Below are positions 41,181 to 49,926 of a DNA stretch of 64,000 bases, piece by piece. The stretch is from Gammaproteobacteria bacterium (lineage in GTDB: Bacteria; Pseudomonadota; Gammaproteobacteria; Steroidobacterales; Steroidobacteraceae), in contig JAHEAZ010000005.1 of NCBI GenBank assembly GCA_024642505.1, forward strand, positions 7,123-71,122. The letters run 5' to 3'. The notes under the pieces are model-generated. The model did not search any database and was not told the origin of the DNA. It worked only from the letters and a program-made list of their open reading frames with translations. Position numbers and translations under genes: made by a program. Each line of letters begins with the position of its first letter. Within the stretch, counting starts at the first letter, position 1.

Positions 41181-41217
41181 ATGCCAGGCACCGCAAGGTG
41201 CCTGGCATTTTCTTTTT
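41181..41217 (+). terminator. rho-independent terminator of the porin gene
   Basis: ATGCCAGGCACC-GCAA-GGTGCCTGGCAT is a perfect 12-bp stem, followed by TTTCTTTTT. Confidence 0.85.
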
Positions 41218-41291
41218 CACGTTCTCATTGCAGGGACAGCTTACCGATTTCGTGAATCTCGCAGCCCGGTGCGGGTGCTCGCTGCCAGTCT

Positions 41292-42098
41292 TCAGGAAAT
41301 CGGTGAGCTGTCCCCCGGAACGACCTCACGGTCCCACACCGCCTCGGGTACTGGCAGGCCCTGTAACACCCCCGGCGGCAATCGCGGCGAGTCGGCCACG
41401 TTCGCTACCTCGTGCACCAGGTAATCGAGTTGCCGGCAGTGCTGCGCGACGTGCCAGGCCGAGCGCTCAAGCACGGAATCGAGCGGCCGCTGGCCAAAAT
41501 AGGTGCGGACCGGAGCATCGGGCCGCCGGCACGCCTCCGCCCACCACGAAGTCAGGCCGCGTCGCGTCGCCTGGCTGAACTCGATTGCGGGTGCAGCCGT
41601 CCGCCAGGATCGGGGCGCCCGCCTTTCGTAGATCTCGTAGGTGAGCTCCCCGCCAGCGCCCGCGGTCATCAGGCCCTGCACAATCATGGCCACGTGGAAC
41701 CCGAGGTCCAGCCAGGTCCGCTCACGCTGCGGCAAGGAATCGTGCAGCCGTTCCGGCGGCATGGCGGCCAGGAAGGACTCATTTGCGGCGAGCAGGACCT
41801 GCAGACGCGCGACCAGTTCATCCGGCGCCAGTCGCGTTCGACTGACTGCCATGCCGACAAAATGGGCCAGCTCGTCGATGTCTTGCGCCAGTACGTAGTC
41901 CCGGCCGCGCGCGACCACCGGGACGGTGCGCAGGCCAAGTTCCGCCAGTTCGGCGGCAGCCGTTTCGCTGCTGCGAACATTGATGGACACAAACGGAATA
42001 TTGTTCGCCTCGAGAAACTCCTTCGCTCGCAAACAACTGGTGCAGCCGGGCTGCCAGTAGACCCGTAGTGCCGGCCTACCCTCGATTGCCGGAGTCAT
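41292..42098 (-). CDS. glutaredoxin-like N-terminal domain fused to a DinB-like helical domain
   Basis: LRVYWQPGCTSCLRAKEFLEANNIPF (CxxC thioredoxin fold), then a His-containing four-helix-like region (GFHVAMIVQG..., WHVAQHCRQLDY). Confidence 0.6.
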   Translation of the reverse strand: MTPAIEGRPALRVYWQPGCTSCLRAKEFLEANNIPFVSINVRSSETAAAELAELGLRTVPVVARGRDYVLAQDIDELAHFVGMAVSRTRLAPDELVARLQVLLAANESFLAAMPPERLHDSLPQRERTWLDLGFHVAMIVQGLMTAGAGGELTYEIYERRAPRSWRTAAPAIEFSQATRRGLTSWWAEACRRPDAPVRTYFGQRPLDSVLERSAWHVAQHCRQLDYLVHEVANVADSPRLPPGVLQGLPVPEAVWDREVVPGDSSPIS

Positions 42099-42110
42099 GC
42101 CTCAAAGATC

Positions 42111-42986
42111 TCAGACGGTATCGGCCGCAAAGGTGTCGCAGGCCGCCATCGATCCGGAGTCGAGCCCGGTCCGGAACCAGCGCATCCGCTGCTCGGAACT
42201 GCCGTGGGTAAATGAGTCCGGCACGACGAAGCCACGCGCCTGGCGCTGCAGGCGATCGTCGCCCACGGCGCTGGCGGCGCCGAGCGCTTCCTGCACGTCC
42301 CCGGCCTCCAGGATGCCGCGCATCCGGTCGGCATGGTGCGTCCAGACACCGGCGTAACAATCCGCCTGCAGCTCCAGCCGGACCGATAGCTGGTTGGCCT
42401 CGACCCCAGCATATTGCTGCTGCAGTTCATGGACCTTGCCGGAGGTTCCCAGCAGGTTCTGCACGTGGTGACCGATCTCGTGTGCCACGACATAAGCCTG
42501 CGCGAAGTCGCCGCCGGCGCCCATGCGCTGGCCAAGGTCGTCGAAGAACGAGGTATCAATGAACACGCGCTCGTCGGGCGGGCAATAGAACGGTCCCATG
42601 GCTGCTTCGGCGAATCCACAGGCAGATTGCACCGCGCCGGAGAAGAGCACCAGGCGTGGCTCGCGGTAGCTGCCGCCCAGCTGGTCGAACACTGCGCTCC
42701 AGACGTCCTCGGTGTCGGCCAGGACGACGGCCAGGAACTCGCGGGTCTCGGCTTCGGCCGCCGTTTCCTGATAGGGCACGGTCTCCTCGACCGCCGGCGC
42801 CCCCGCATTCATCATCTTGACGCCACCCAACAATACGCCGGGGTCGACGCCGAGCAGGCTGCCGATCAGCAGGATGGCGATGACGCCGAGACCTCCGCCC
42901 ACCATGCCGCCGCGACTGATACGCGTGCCGCGGCGATCCTCGACGTTCGTACTGGCTCGCTGTCCTCGCCAACGCATACTCGTCAT
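42111..42986 (-). CDS. YpfJ-family putative neutral zinc metallopeptidase
   Basis: N-terminal RGQRASTNVEDRRG, a TM segment, GPFYCPPDERVFIDTSFF, and the zinc motif VVAHEIGHHVQ. Confidence 0.8.
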   Translation of the reverse strand: MTSMRWRGQRASTNVEDRRGTRISRGGMVGGGLGVIAILLIGSLLGVDPGVLLGGVKMMNAGAPAVEETVPYQETAAEAETREFLAVVLADTEDVWSAVFDQLGGSYREPRLVLFSGAVQSACGFAEAAMGPFYCPPDERVFIDTSFFDDLGQRMGAGGDFAQAYVVAHEIGHHVQNLLGTSGKVHELQQQYAGVEANQLSVRLELQADCYAGVWTHHADRMRGILEAGDVQEALGAASAVGDDRLQRQARGFVVPDSFTHGSSEQRMRWFRTGLDSGSMAACDTFAADTV

Positions 42987-43123
42987 CCGTCTGCAGCTGG
43001 AAACGCCGCGAATCTACCACATAGACCAGCGCGCGGCTGCTGAATGCCTTGCCAAAACACGCTATTGCGCTGCAGCGCATCGAGGGTAGGATGGTATGGT
43101 AAGAATTGAAGGAGGTTATAGGC

Positions 43124-43432
43124 ATGTCGACCAATAAGACGGATTCAGCACAGCTGATGGAAGACCTGCGGGTCGTGGTGGACGATGCGGAGGCGCTGCT
43201 GAAGGCAACGGCTGGCTTGGCCGGCGAGAAAGCCGAGCATGCCCGCCACCGAGCCGAGGAGTCCGTCCGCCAGGCGCGTGAGCGCCTCGGGGAGCTGGAA
43301 GGGCAGATGCGCGTACGCGCCCAGGAGGCGGTCAAGACAACTGACCGTTACGTCCACGAGAATCCGTGGGGCGCCATCGGCATCGCCGCCGGCGTCGGTT
43401 TCATTCTCGGCCTGCTCTCGGGTCGTCGTTGA
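43124..43432 (+). CDS. yqjD: DUF883 ElaB/YqjD/YgaM-family membrane-anchored ribosome-associated stress protein
   Basis: Start at ATG 43124, preceded by AAGGAGG. Helical N-terminus. C-terminal NPWGAIGIAAGVGFILGLLSGRR. Confidence 0.85.
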   Translation: MSTNKTDSAQLMEDLRVVVDDAEALLKATAGLAGEKAEHARHRAEESVRQARERLGELEGQMRVRAQEAVKTTDRYVHENPWGAIGIAAGVGFILGLLSGRR

Positions 43433-43437
43433 CCCGG

Positions 43438-43845
43438 ATGCGGGAGGAAGCGGAAAACGACGAGCGGGCCCATCGGCCGGCGGGTCTGTTTTGGTCTGTG
43501 CGGCGCATGCTCGAGTCGGTGCTTGCCATCGTGCACACGCGCCTGGAGCTCGTCACGACCGAGATCGAGGAGGAGCTGCACCGGGTCGCGGAGATTCTGC
43601 TGTGGATGTTCGTGGTGGTCTTCTTCGCGGGGCTGACGGTGCTGATGCTGGCCTTCGTGGTCGTGGTGGCGTTCTGGGAAGACCATCGGCTGCTTGCAGC
43701 ATCACTGACCACGCTGGTATTCGTCGTGGTCACGGCAATCTCCATGCTGCTGTTGCGCACCAAGGTCCGGGCGCGACCGAAGCTGCTCGAGGCGACGATC
43801 GAGGAAATCAAGCACGATCGTGAAGCCCTGGGGGGCCACCCTTGA
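43438..43845 (+). CDS. yqjE: YqjE-like (DUF1469, holin-family-like) membrane protein
   Basis: Start trimmed to ATG 43438. RLELVTTEIEEELHR followed by two TM helices. Lies directly after the yqjD homolog. Confidence 0.7.
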   Translation: MREEAENDERAHRPAGLFWSVRRMLESVLAIVHTRLELVTTEIEEELHRVAEILLWMFVVVFFAGLTVLMLAFVVVVAFWEDHRLLAASLTTLVFVVVTAISMLLLRTKVRARPKLLEATIEEIKHDREALGGHP

Positions 43846-44168
43846 CCTCGCGCGTCGAGCAACTGGCGTCGAGGCGGAAGCTGCTGAGGGCACGCAGTGC
43901 GGTGGAGCGGGAGACGATCAGGGTTGATGCTGCGGTGATCGGCGATACGCTGACGACCGTTGACCGCGGCGTGGCGGTTGTCCAACGGCTGCGCCGGAGT
44001 CCCCTGATCCTGACGGTAGCCGTCGTTGGCCTGTTCGTGTTCCGCCGCCATCCGGCAACCGCCTGGGCAATGCGCGGTATTGCCGCAGCGGGAACTGCCA
44101 GGCGGGTAGGAGCGGCGCTCAGGCACCTCGCCGAAGCGCCATCGGCGCACGACGTCGAGGCCCGCTAG
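43842..44168 (+). CDS. yqjK: YqjK-like protein
   Basis: 108 aa. RRKLLRARSAVERE..., one TM segment. 4-nt overlap with yqjE. Same gene order as E. coli yqjD-yqjE-yqjK. Confidence 0.6.
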   Translation: MTSRVEQLASRRKLLRARSAVERETIRVDAAVIGDTLTTVDRGVAVVQRLRRSPLILTVAVVGLFVFRRHPATAWAMRGIAAAGTARRVGAALRHLAEAPSAHDVEAR

Positions 44169-44200
44169 ATTCCTGGCTTGCCCAGGGAGCTTCCCCATCC

Positions 44201-44854
44201 ATGACGCTCCGGGCAGTTATCGTTCCGGTCACGCCGTTCGTCCAGAACTGTTCGCTTGTCTGGTGCGACGTCACGGGCAAGGCCGCGGTAATCGATCCAG
44301 GTGGCGACCTCGATCGCATCCTGGAGGTCGTCAGTTCGAATGACGTGCAGCTCGAAAAGATCCTGCTGACACACGCCCATATCGACCATGCTGGAGCAAC
44401 CGCTGAACTGGCCCGGCGGTTCGGGCTGCCGATCGAGGGACCGCACGAAGACGACCTGTTCTGGATCGAGCAGTTGCCGCAGCAGGGTGCGATGTTCGGC
44501 CTCGGGCACGCCGAGAGCTTCAAGCCGACACGCTGGCTCGCCCAGGGCGACTCGGTCTCCGTCGGCGACGTAACCATGGAAGTGCGGCACTGCCCGGGCC
44601 ACACGCCGGGACACGTGGTGTTCTACGAGCCCGGTGCGCGGCTGGCCTTCGTTGGTGACGTCCTGTTCGCCGGCTCCATCGGCCGTACCGACTTTCCGCG
44701 AGGCGATCACGCCACGCTGATCCGTTCCATCCGCGAGAACCTTTTCCCGCTGGGCGACGACGTACGCTTCGTACCCGGCCACGGGCCCATGTCGACTTTC
44801 GGCGAGGAGAGGAAGTCGAACCCGTTCGTGGGGGATGGGGCGGTCGGCGCCTAG
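44201..44854 (+). CDS. MBL-fold metallo-hydrolase (glyoxalase II-like)
   Basis: LTHAHIDHAG, HCPGHTPGH, GSIGRTDFPRGD, VPGHGP. Confidence 0.85.
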   Translation: MTLRAVIVPVTPFVQNCSLVWCDVTGKAAVIDPGGDLDRILEVVSSNDVQLEKILLTHAHIDHAGATAELARRFGLPIEGPHEDDLFWIEQLPQQGAMFGLGHAESFKPTRWLAQGDSVSVGDVTMEVRHCPGHTPGHVVFYEPGARLAFVGDVLFAGSIGRTDFPRGDHATLIRSIRENLFPLGDDVRFVPGHGPMSTFGEERKSNPFVGDGAVGA

Positions 44855-44882
44855 CGGTCAACGGTCCCAAAAGCCGGCCGCT

Positions 44883-46685
44883 TCAGAACATCACGTACTG
44901 ATCCGCCAGCAGGTAGGTCAGCGTCACCCACATCAACACCAGCAGCGGCAGGCCGGCCCGAACGAAGTCGTTGAAGCGATAGCCAGCGGCGGCCATCACC
45001 AGCAGGTTGGTCTGGTACCCCATCGGCGTGGCGAAGCTGAGGTTACAGCCGAACAGCACGGCCAGCACGAAGGGGCGCGGATCGACCCCAAGGGTGGCCG
45101 CCATCGCCACCGCGACCGGCGTACCGATGATCGCCGCGGCATTGTTCGACACGAAGTTGGTAACGATGGCCATGAACAGCATCAGCATCGCGAGGATCAC
45201 CACGGGATGCAGGTATCCGCCGGCTGCAGCCAGCCCCGCGCCAGCCGCCGCGATGGTACCGGTCGCGTTCAGCGCCTCGCCGAGGGCAAGACTCGCGACC
45301 ACGATCATGATGACGTTGGAGGAGAGAGCGTCAGTCGCTTCCTGCCAGCGCAGGCAACCGGTGAGCAGCATGAACGCCACGCCCAGCGCTGCTGCCAGTA
45401 CCATGGGCAGCATCTTGGTGGCCGCGATGGCGACCACGCAGCCCATGATCAGCAGTGCGATCGGCGCCCTACGCGAGTGCGGCAACGACAGGCTGGCGTC
45501 CAGCACCAGCACCCCGGCGGCCGACTTCAGCTGGTCCACCCGTTCTTCCGGCCCCTGCACCAACAGCACGTCGCCAGGCTTCAGCAAGGCGGTTGCCGGA
45601 TCCAGTGCCCCCTCACGGCCGGGTCGGTGAACGCCGATGACGGCCAGACGGTGTTCGCTCACGAACCGCGCGACACCGGTCGGCGTGCCGGTGAATTCTG
45701 ACTCCTGGGTGACCAGCACCTGGGATAGTTTCTGCGCGGCCGGGTCGCCGGGATCGCGCGGGGCCGTCGAGCGCAGAGCCGCCCCAAGCACCGCTGCATG
45801 CTCGCGCAGCTGCTCGGCGGTGTCGGCCACCATCAGCCTGTCTCCCGCCTGGAACTGTTGCGTCGGAAGGCGCATCAGCTCGGTACCGGCCCGGAGGACC
45901 TTGAGGATCCGCAGGCTGCCGGCGCGCTTGAGCACGACCCGTAGTTCGCGGCCGTCGGCATAGCTGCCCCTGCGGATATCGAGCACCGCGTCAAAAGCCA
46001 GTGGCGAGGCGCTCTTCAGGCCCGTTTCCCGCTTCGGCAGCAGCCGCGGCGCCACCAGCCAGAGATAGGGCAGCGCGACCAAGGCGGCGATCGCCACGAT
46101 GCGCGTGAAGTCAAACAGGCCGAAGCTTGGCACGCCGAGGTTGGCGGCGATGCCGACGACGAGCAGGTTGGTCGAGGTGCCTATGGTAGTTGCCATGCCG
46201 CCGATCAGCCCTGCGAAATTCATCGGCAGCAGCGTGTTCGAAGCTTTCGTCCCCGTGCGGGCCGCGACCGACAGCAACACCGGCATCATGAGCACGATCA
46301 GTGGCGTGTTGTTCATGATGCCGCTGACGCTCATGCAGAAGATCAGCATCGCCAGGAAGGCCAGTTGTGGCGCGAAGTTCCACAATCGGGCCAGTGCGCG
46401 GGCAAAGGGCTCCAGCGCGCCAGTCGTGACCAGTCCGCGGCCGAGCACCATCAGGCAGCAGATCGTGATCAGCGCGGTGTGGCCGAACCCGGCCAGGAAC
46501 ACCTCGGAGCCAAGCTGCTTCTCGCCAGTCTCATAGGGGAAGATGCCGAAAACGAGCATCAACGCCAGTACGGCCAGCAAGCCCGAGGTCTGCACCGGCA
46601 AACGCTCGCTGGCGAACAGCCAGAACGTCAGCGCGGCGATTCCAAGCACCGCGACGGCGTGCCAGTCGACCGACCACAAGTCCAT
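44883..46685 (-). CDS. SLC13/DASS-family permease with two central TrkA-C (RCK_C) domains
   Basis: 600 aa. Polytopic halves flank a soluble ~170-aa insert (GRELRVVLKRAGSLRILKVLRAGT..., LKPGDVLLVQGPEE). Its start shares 1 nt with the upstream K+ channel stop. Confidence 0.75.
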   Translation of the reverse strand: MDLWSVDWHAVAVLGIAALTFWLFASERLPVQTSGLLAVLALMLVFGIFPYETGEKQLGSEVFLAGFGHTALITICCLMVLGRGLVTTGALEPFARALARLWNFAPQLAFLAMLIFCMSVSGIMNNTPLIVLMMPVLLSVAARTGTKASNTLLPMNFAGLIGGMATTIGTSTNLLVVGIAANLGVPSFGLFDFTRIVAIAALVALPYLWLVAPRLLPKRETGLKSASPLAFDAVLDIRRGSYADGRELRVVLKRAGSLRILKVLRAGTELMRLPTQQFQAGDRLMVADTAEQLREHAAVLGAALRSTAPRDPGDPAAQKLSQVLVTQESEFTGTPTGVARFVSEHRLAVIGVHRPGREGALDPATALLKPGDVLLVQGPEERVDQLKSAAGVLVLDASLSLPHSRRAPIALLIMGCVVAIAATKMLPMVLAAALGVAFMLLTGCLRWQEATDALSSNVIMIVVASLALGEALNATGTIAAAGAGLAAAGGYLHPVVILAMLMLFMAIVTNFVSNNAAAIIGTPVAVAMAATLGVDPRPFVLAVLFGCNLSFATPMGYQTNLLVMAAAGYRFNDFVRAGLPLLVLMWVTLTYLLADQYVMF

Positions 46686-47755
46686 CAGGATTTGCCGCCG
46701 CCGGCCTCGCCGTATGCCTGGATCTCGAGTGCCATAAGGAGATCGCCGGCCCGGATGACGGCACCATCAGACTCCCAGAAGCCGATAGGTTGGCCGTCAC
46801 GGTAGACGCGCAGCACCATCGCCTCGCCCACCACGCCGAGTGGCTTGCCGATTTCTTCCTCGCGTGCAGGGCGCTCGTTCAGCAGCAGCCTGCCACCCGA
46901 GCTCAGCACGTCGAGCACGAACTCGTTGACATGGCGGTGGCCGACGGAGTCGGCCAGCAGGTAACCGGAAATCTGCGATGGCGACACCGTGACGTCGGCG
47001 CCTGCCTGCCGCAGCAGGGGTGCGTTCTCCTGCTCGCGGGAATTCGCGATGACGCGTGCTTTCGGGTTGAGCTGGCGCACGGTCAGTACCGTCAGCGCGT
47101 TGGTGTCGTCCCGACCCGTACACAGAATGACGGCGCTGGCGCGATCGACGCCGGCATCACGCAGCACGCGTTCCATGGTCGCATCGCCCTTAAGGCCGAT
47201 GTGGCCCTCCACCGCGGCCTCCTGCAGCAGGTGCTCGCTCTGGTCTACCACCACGATCTGGTCGGGCGCTGTCCCGCGACGCACCAACTCGCCTGCCGCG
47301 GTGCGGCCGCTGTGGCCATAACCACAGATGACGATGTGATCCCTGAGCTGCTGCTGCAGTCGCGCCATGCGGATGCGCTCCAGTCCCTTGTGGAAGAACA
47401 GTTCAAACGCGGTGCCAACGAACACCAGCCAGACCAGCAATCGGGCCGGCGTGATAATGATCGCATCAATGAGCCGCGCGCGCTCGGTGACGGGCACGAT
47501 GTCGCCGTAGCCGACCGTGGTCAGGCTGACGACCACGAAATAGACCAGGTCTACCAACGACAGCTCGCCGTCGATCATGTCGCGGATCCCGTCGCGGTCG
47601 AGCCAGAGCACGAAGGTCACGAAGGCGAATAGGCTGAAGATGATGGCGGCGCGTGCAGCGAGCACGCGGCCGGGCCGTGCCTCGGCACTCGCGAACAGGA
47701 TCTTGTCCGAGGTGTCGCGTCGCAGGCGACGGATGCGTCTCGTGAGGGTCGACAT
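46685..47755 (-). CDS. potassium channel with TrkA-N/TrkA-C (RCK) cytoplasmic domain
   Basis: Selectivity filter TTVGYGD. Two TM helices. Rossmann-like HIVICGYGHSGR. Confidence 0.88.
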   Translation of the reverse strand: MSTLTRRIRRLRRDTSDKILFASAEARPGRVLAARAAIIFSLFAFVTFVLWLDRDGIRDMIDGELSLVDLVYFVVVSLTTVGYGDIVPVTERARLIDAIIITPARLLVWLVFVGTAFELFFHKGLERIRMARLQQQLRDHIVICGYGHSGRTAAGELVRRGTAPDQIVVVDQSEHLLQEAAVEGHIGLKGDATMERVLRDAGVDRASAVILCTGRDDTNALTVLTVRQLNPKARVIANSREQENAPLLRQAGADVTVSPSQISGYLLADSVGHRHVNEFVLDVLSSGGRLLLNERPAREEEIGKPLGVVGEAMVLRVYRDGQPIGFWESDGAVIRAGDLLMALEIQAYGEAGGGKS

Positions 47756-47775
47756 GCTGCCCCCCGGTGATCTGG

Positions 47776-48687
47776 TCAGAGCCTGATGAGCAGGTAATGG
47801 TCGATCAGGAATGCGCCGAACAACAGGGTAAGGTACTGGATTGAATACCTGAAGGTTCGCATGGGCAAGTCGGCGCGATCCGTGCGCTTGAGCAGCCAGG
47901 CGTAGCGCAGGAACACGAAGTCGAGCGCCAGCGCGGCCGCCAGGTAGATCAGGCCGCTCATGCCGCTCAGGTAGGGCAATACGGTGATTACCGTAAGCAG
48001 CACGGTGTAATGCCAGATGAACTGCTTGGTATAGGCTACGCCGTGCGTGACCGGCAGCATCGGGATACCAACCCTCGCATACTCGTCGCGCCGCGCGATA
48101 GCGAGGGCCCAGAAGTGCGGTGGCGTCCAGGCAAAGATCACCAGGAACATCAGCAGCGCGTCCGGGTGCAGTGAGCCCGTTACGGCGGTCCAGCCGAGCA
48201 CCGGTGGTGCTGCGCCCGCAGCTCCGCCGATCACGATGTTCTGCGGTGTCGCGCGCTTCAGCCAGACGGTGTACAGCACCGCGTAGCCGATCAGGGAGAA
48301 GAAGGTCAGCACCGCCGTCAGGCCGTTGACGAGCAGCGCGAGGATCAGCATCGAGGCGGCGCCGAGGACAAAGGCGAATGCCAGCGCGTAGGACTCGCGC
48401 AGCGCGCCTTGCGGAAGGGGGCGGTGGCGGGTGCGGGCCATCTCGGAGTCGATGCGGGCATCGAGCACGTGGTTGATCGCCGCGGCAGAGGCGGCCGCCA
48501 GCGCGATGCCGAGCGTTCCCCAGAAGACGGCGGCGAGGGGTGGCAGGCCAGGTACCGCAAGGAACATGCCGACTACCGCAGTAAAGACGATGAGAGTCAC
48601 GACCCTCGGCTTGGTCAGTTCGAGGTAGTCCCGGGCGCGCGAGCCCCGCAGAACTTCCTGGCGGACGGTTTGCTCAGTGGCGCTCAA
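47776..48687 (-). CDS. ctaB: protohaem IX farnesyltransferase (haem O synthase)
   Basis: UbiA-family motifs: [10 protein letters not shown] and [21 protein letters not shown]. Start uncertain; TTG 48687 is chosen because AGGAAAG lies 4 nt upstream and it avoids overlapping the LysR gene. Confidence 0.85.
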   Translation of the reverse strand: MSATEQTVRQEVLRGSRARDYLELTKPRVVTLIVFTAVVGMFLAVPGLPPLAAVFWGTLGIALAAASAAAINHVLDARIDSEMARTRHRPLPQGALRESYALAFAFVLGAASMLILALLVNGLTAVLTFFSLIGYAVLYTVWLKRATPQNIVIGGAAGAAPPVLGWTAVTGSLHPDALLMFLVIFAWTPPHFWALAIARRDEYARVGIPMLPVTHGVAYTKQFIWHYTVLLTVITVLPYLSGMSGLIYLAAALALDFVFLRYAWLLKRTDRADLPMRTFRYSIQYLTLLFGAFLIDHYLLIRL

Positions 48688-48746
48688 GGTCTTTCCTGCG
48701 CTCCAGGCTGGATCGAAACGGGCCGGAATCCTAGCACAGCAGGGCG

Positions 48747-49682
48747 TCAGGGCGGATCCATCAGGCCGGTGACGGCTGCCACCCGGCGTTGCCACCGGCG
48801 CAATAAATCGATAGTGAACTCGGCGAAGACCCTTACCTTTGCCAGGCGCTGTCCGGCCTGCGGATAGATCACGGAGACAGGTGGTCCGCGCATGGCGGTG
48901 CCAGGCAGCAGCACCACGAGTTCCCGCTGCTCCAGCGGGCGGGCGGCCAGCAGGTCTATGGTCTGGATGATGCCGGCGCCATGCACGGCAGCCAGCAGCA
49001 AGGCCTCGGGGCTGTCCAGCGTCACCCGGCAGTCGGGATCGATGGACAGTTGACTGCTGCCGTCCTGGAATATCCAGTGCCGCGTCTTCGCCGAGCCTGT
49101 GGCGCGATAACCGATCAGCTGGTGAGCGAGCAACTCCGCGGGCGCCTGCGGCCAGCCGTGCTGCTCGAGATAGGCGGGCGCCGCGCAGGTGATCCAGCGG
49201 CTGCCGACGGCGCGTCGTGCAATCAGGCCGGGATCGGTAATGGTGCCGCCGCGAACCGCCACGTCGACCTGCTCCGCCACCAGGTCGACGACCCGGTCGC
49301 TGATGCGCACGTCCAGTCTGAGGTCCGGATAACGCGCCAGGAACCGTGGCAGCGCCGGGATCAGCAAATGGCGGCCGAATGCGTCGGCCACATCCACCCT
49401 GAGCCGGCCGCTGGGCCGCTCGCGGGCATGGCTCAGCTCGTCCTCGGCCGTCTGCAGTTCGCGGAAGACCCGGCGACAGTGCTCGAGGAAGCGTGTGCCC
49501 TCGCTGGTGAGGGCCACCTTGCGGGTCGTCCTGTTCAGTAGCCGGACGCCGTAACGCTTCTCCAGCGACGCTACCTGGGTGCTGACCATCGCCCGGGACA
49601 GGTCGAGCGCGTCCGCCGCGCCAGAGAATGACCCGAGTTCAGCGACACGGGCGAATACCTTCATGGCGGCGAGCTGGTCCAC
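48747..49682 (-). CDS. LysR-family transcriptional regulator
   Basis: N-terminal HTH ([32 protein letters not shown]) and a C-terminal substrate-binding domain. GTG start. Confidence 0.9.
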   Translation of the reverse strand: MDQLAAMKVFARVAELGSFSGAADALDLSRAMVSTQVASLEKRYGVRLLNRTTRKVALTSEGTRFLEHCRRVFRELQTAEDELSHARERPSGRLRVDVADAFGRHLLIPALPRFLARYPDLRLDVRISDRVVDLVAEQVDVAVRGGTITDPGLIARRAVGSRWITCAAPAYLEQHGWPQAPAELLAHQLIGYRATGSAKTRHWIFQDGSSQLSIDPDCRVTLDSPEALLLAAVHGAGIIQTIDLLAARPLEQRELVVLLPGTAMRGPPVSVIYPQAGQRLAKVRVFAEFTIDLLRRWQRRVAAVTGLMDPP

Positions 49683-49690
49683 GGGACCAA

Positions 49691-49711
49691 TTATTCACTA
49701 TTAATGAATAA
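49691..49711. promoter_or_regulatory. LysR-type T-N11-A dyad (TTATTCA-N7-TGAATAA)
   Basis: A perfect 7-bp inverted repeat with a 7-nt spacer in the AT-rich region just upstream of the LysR gene. A second palindrome, CTGTTT-TTAT-AAACAG, is at 49728-49743. Confidence 0.5.
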
Positions 49712-49845
49712 AGAGTTCAATAGATGACTGTTTTTATAAACAGTTTCGAGGTCCATATTGTTTGCGCGGGAAGGAGATTCAGATTCCCCCCCCCAACCAA
49801 CCGGCAGGCACCGGTCCCGGGCCACGGGCCCAAAGGAGACAGGTC

Positions 49846-49926
49846 ATGTTCATATTCAAGCGATCGATCTGCGGCGTGCTGGTCGCTCTGCTCGTCGCCG
49901 CAACGCCGGTCGTACTACAGTTTTGA
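49846..49926 (+). CDS. candidate 26-aa hydrophobic small ORF (MFIFKRSICGVLVALLVAATPVVLQF), divergent from the LysR gene
   Basis: ATG 49846 preceded by AAGGAG at a 7-nt spacing. Below the ORF-track size cutoff. Its 3' end overlaps the convergent ctaA stop by 12 nt. No homology assessed. Confidence 0.3.
   Translation: MFIFKRSICGVLVALLVAATPVVLQF

Noticed and set aside
43438-43845. A phage-holin-family-like protein as a sign of a prophage or lysis cassette.
   Set aside because: It sits in a yqjD-yqjE-yqjK arrangement identical to the E. coli stress operon. There are no endolysin, spanin, capsid, tail or integrase genes in the window.
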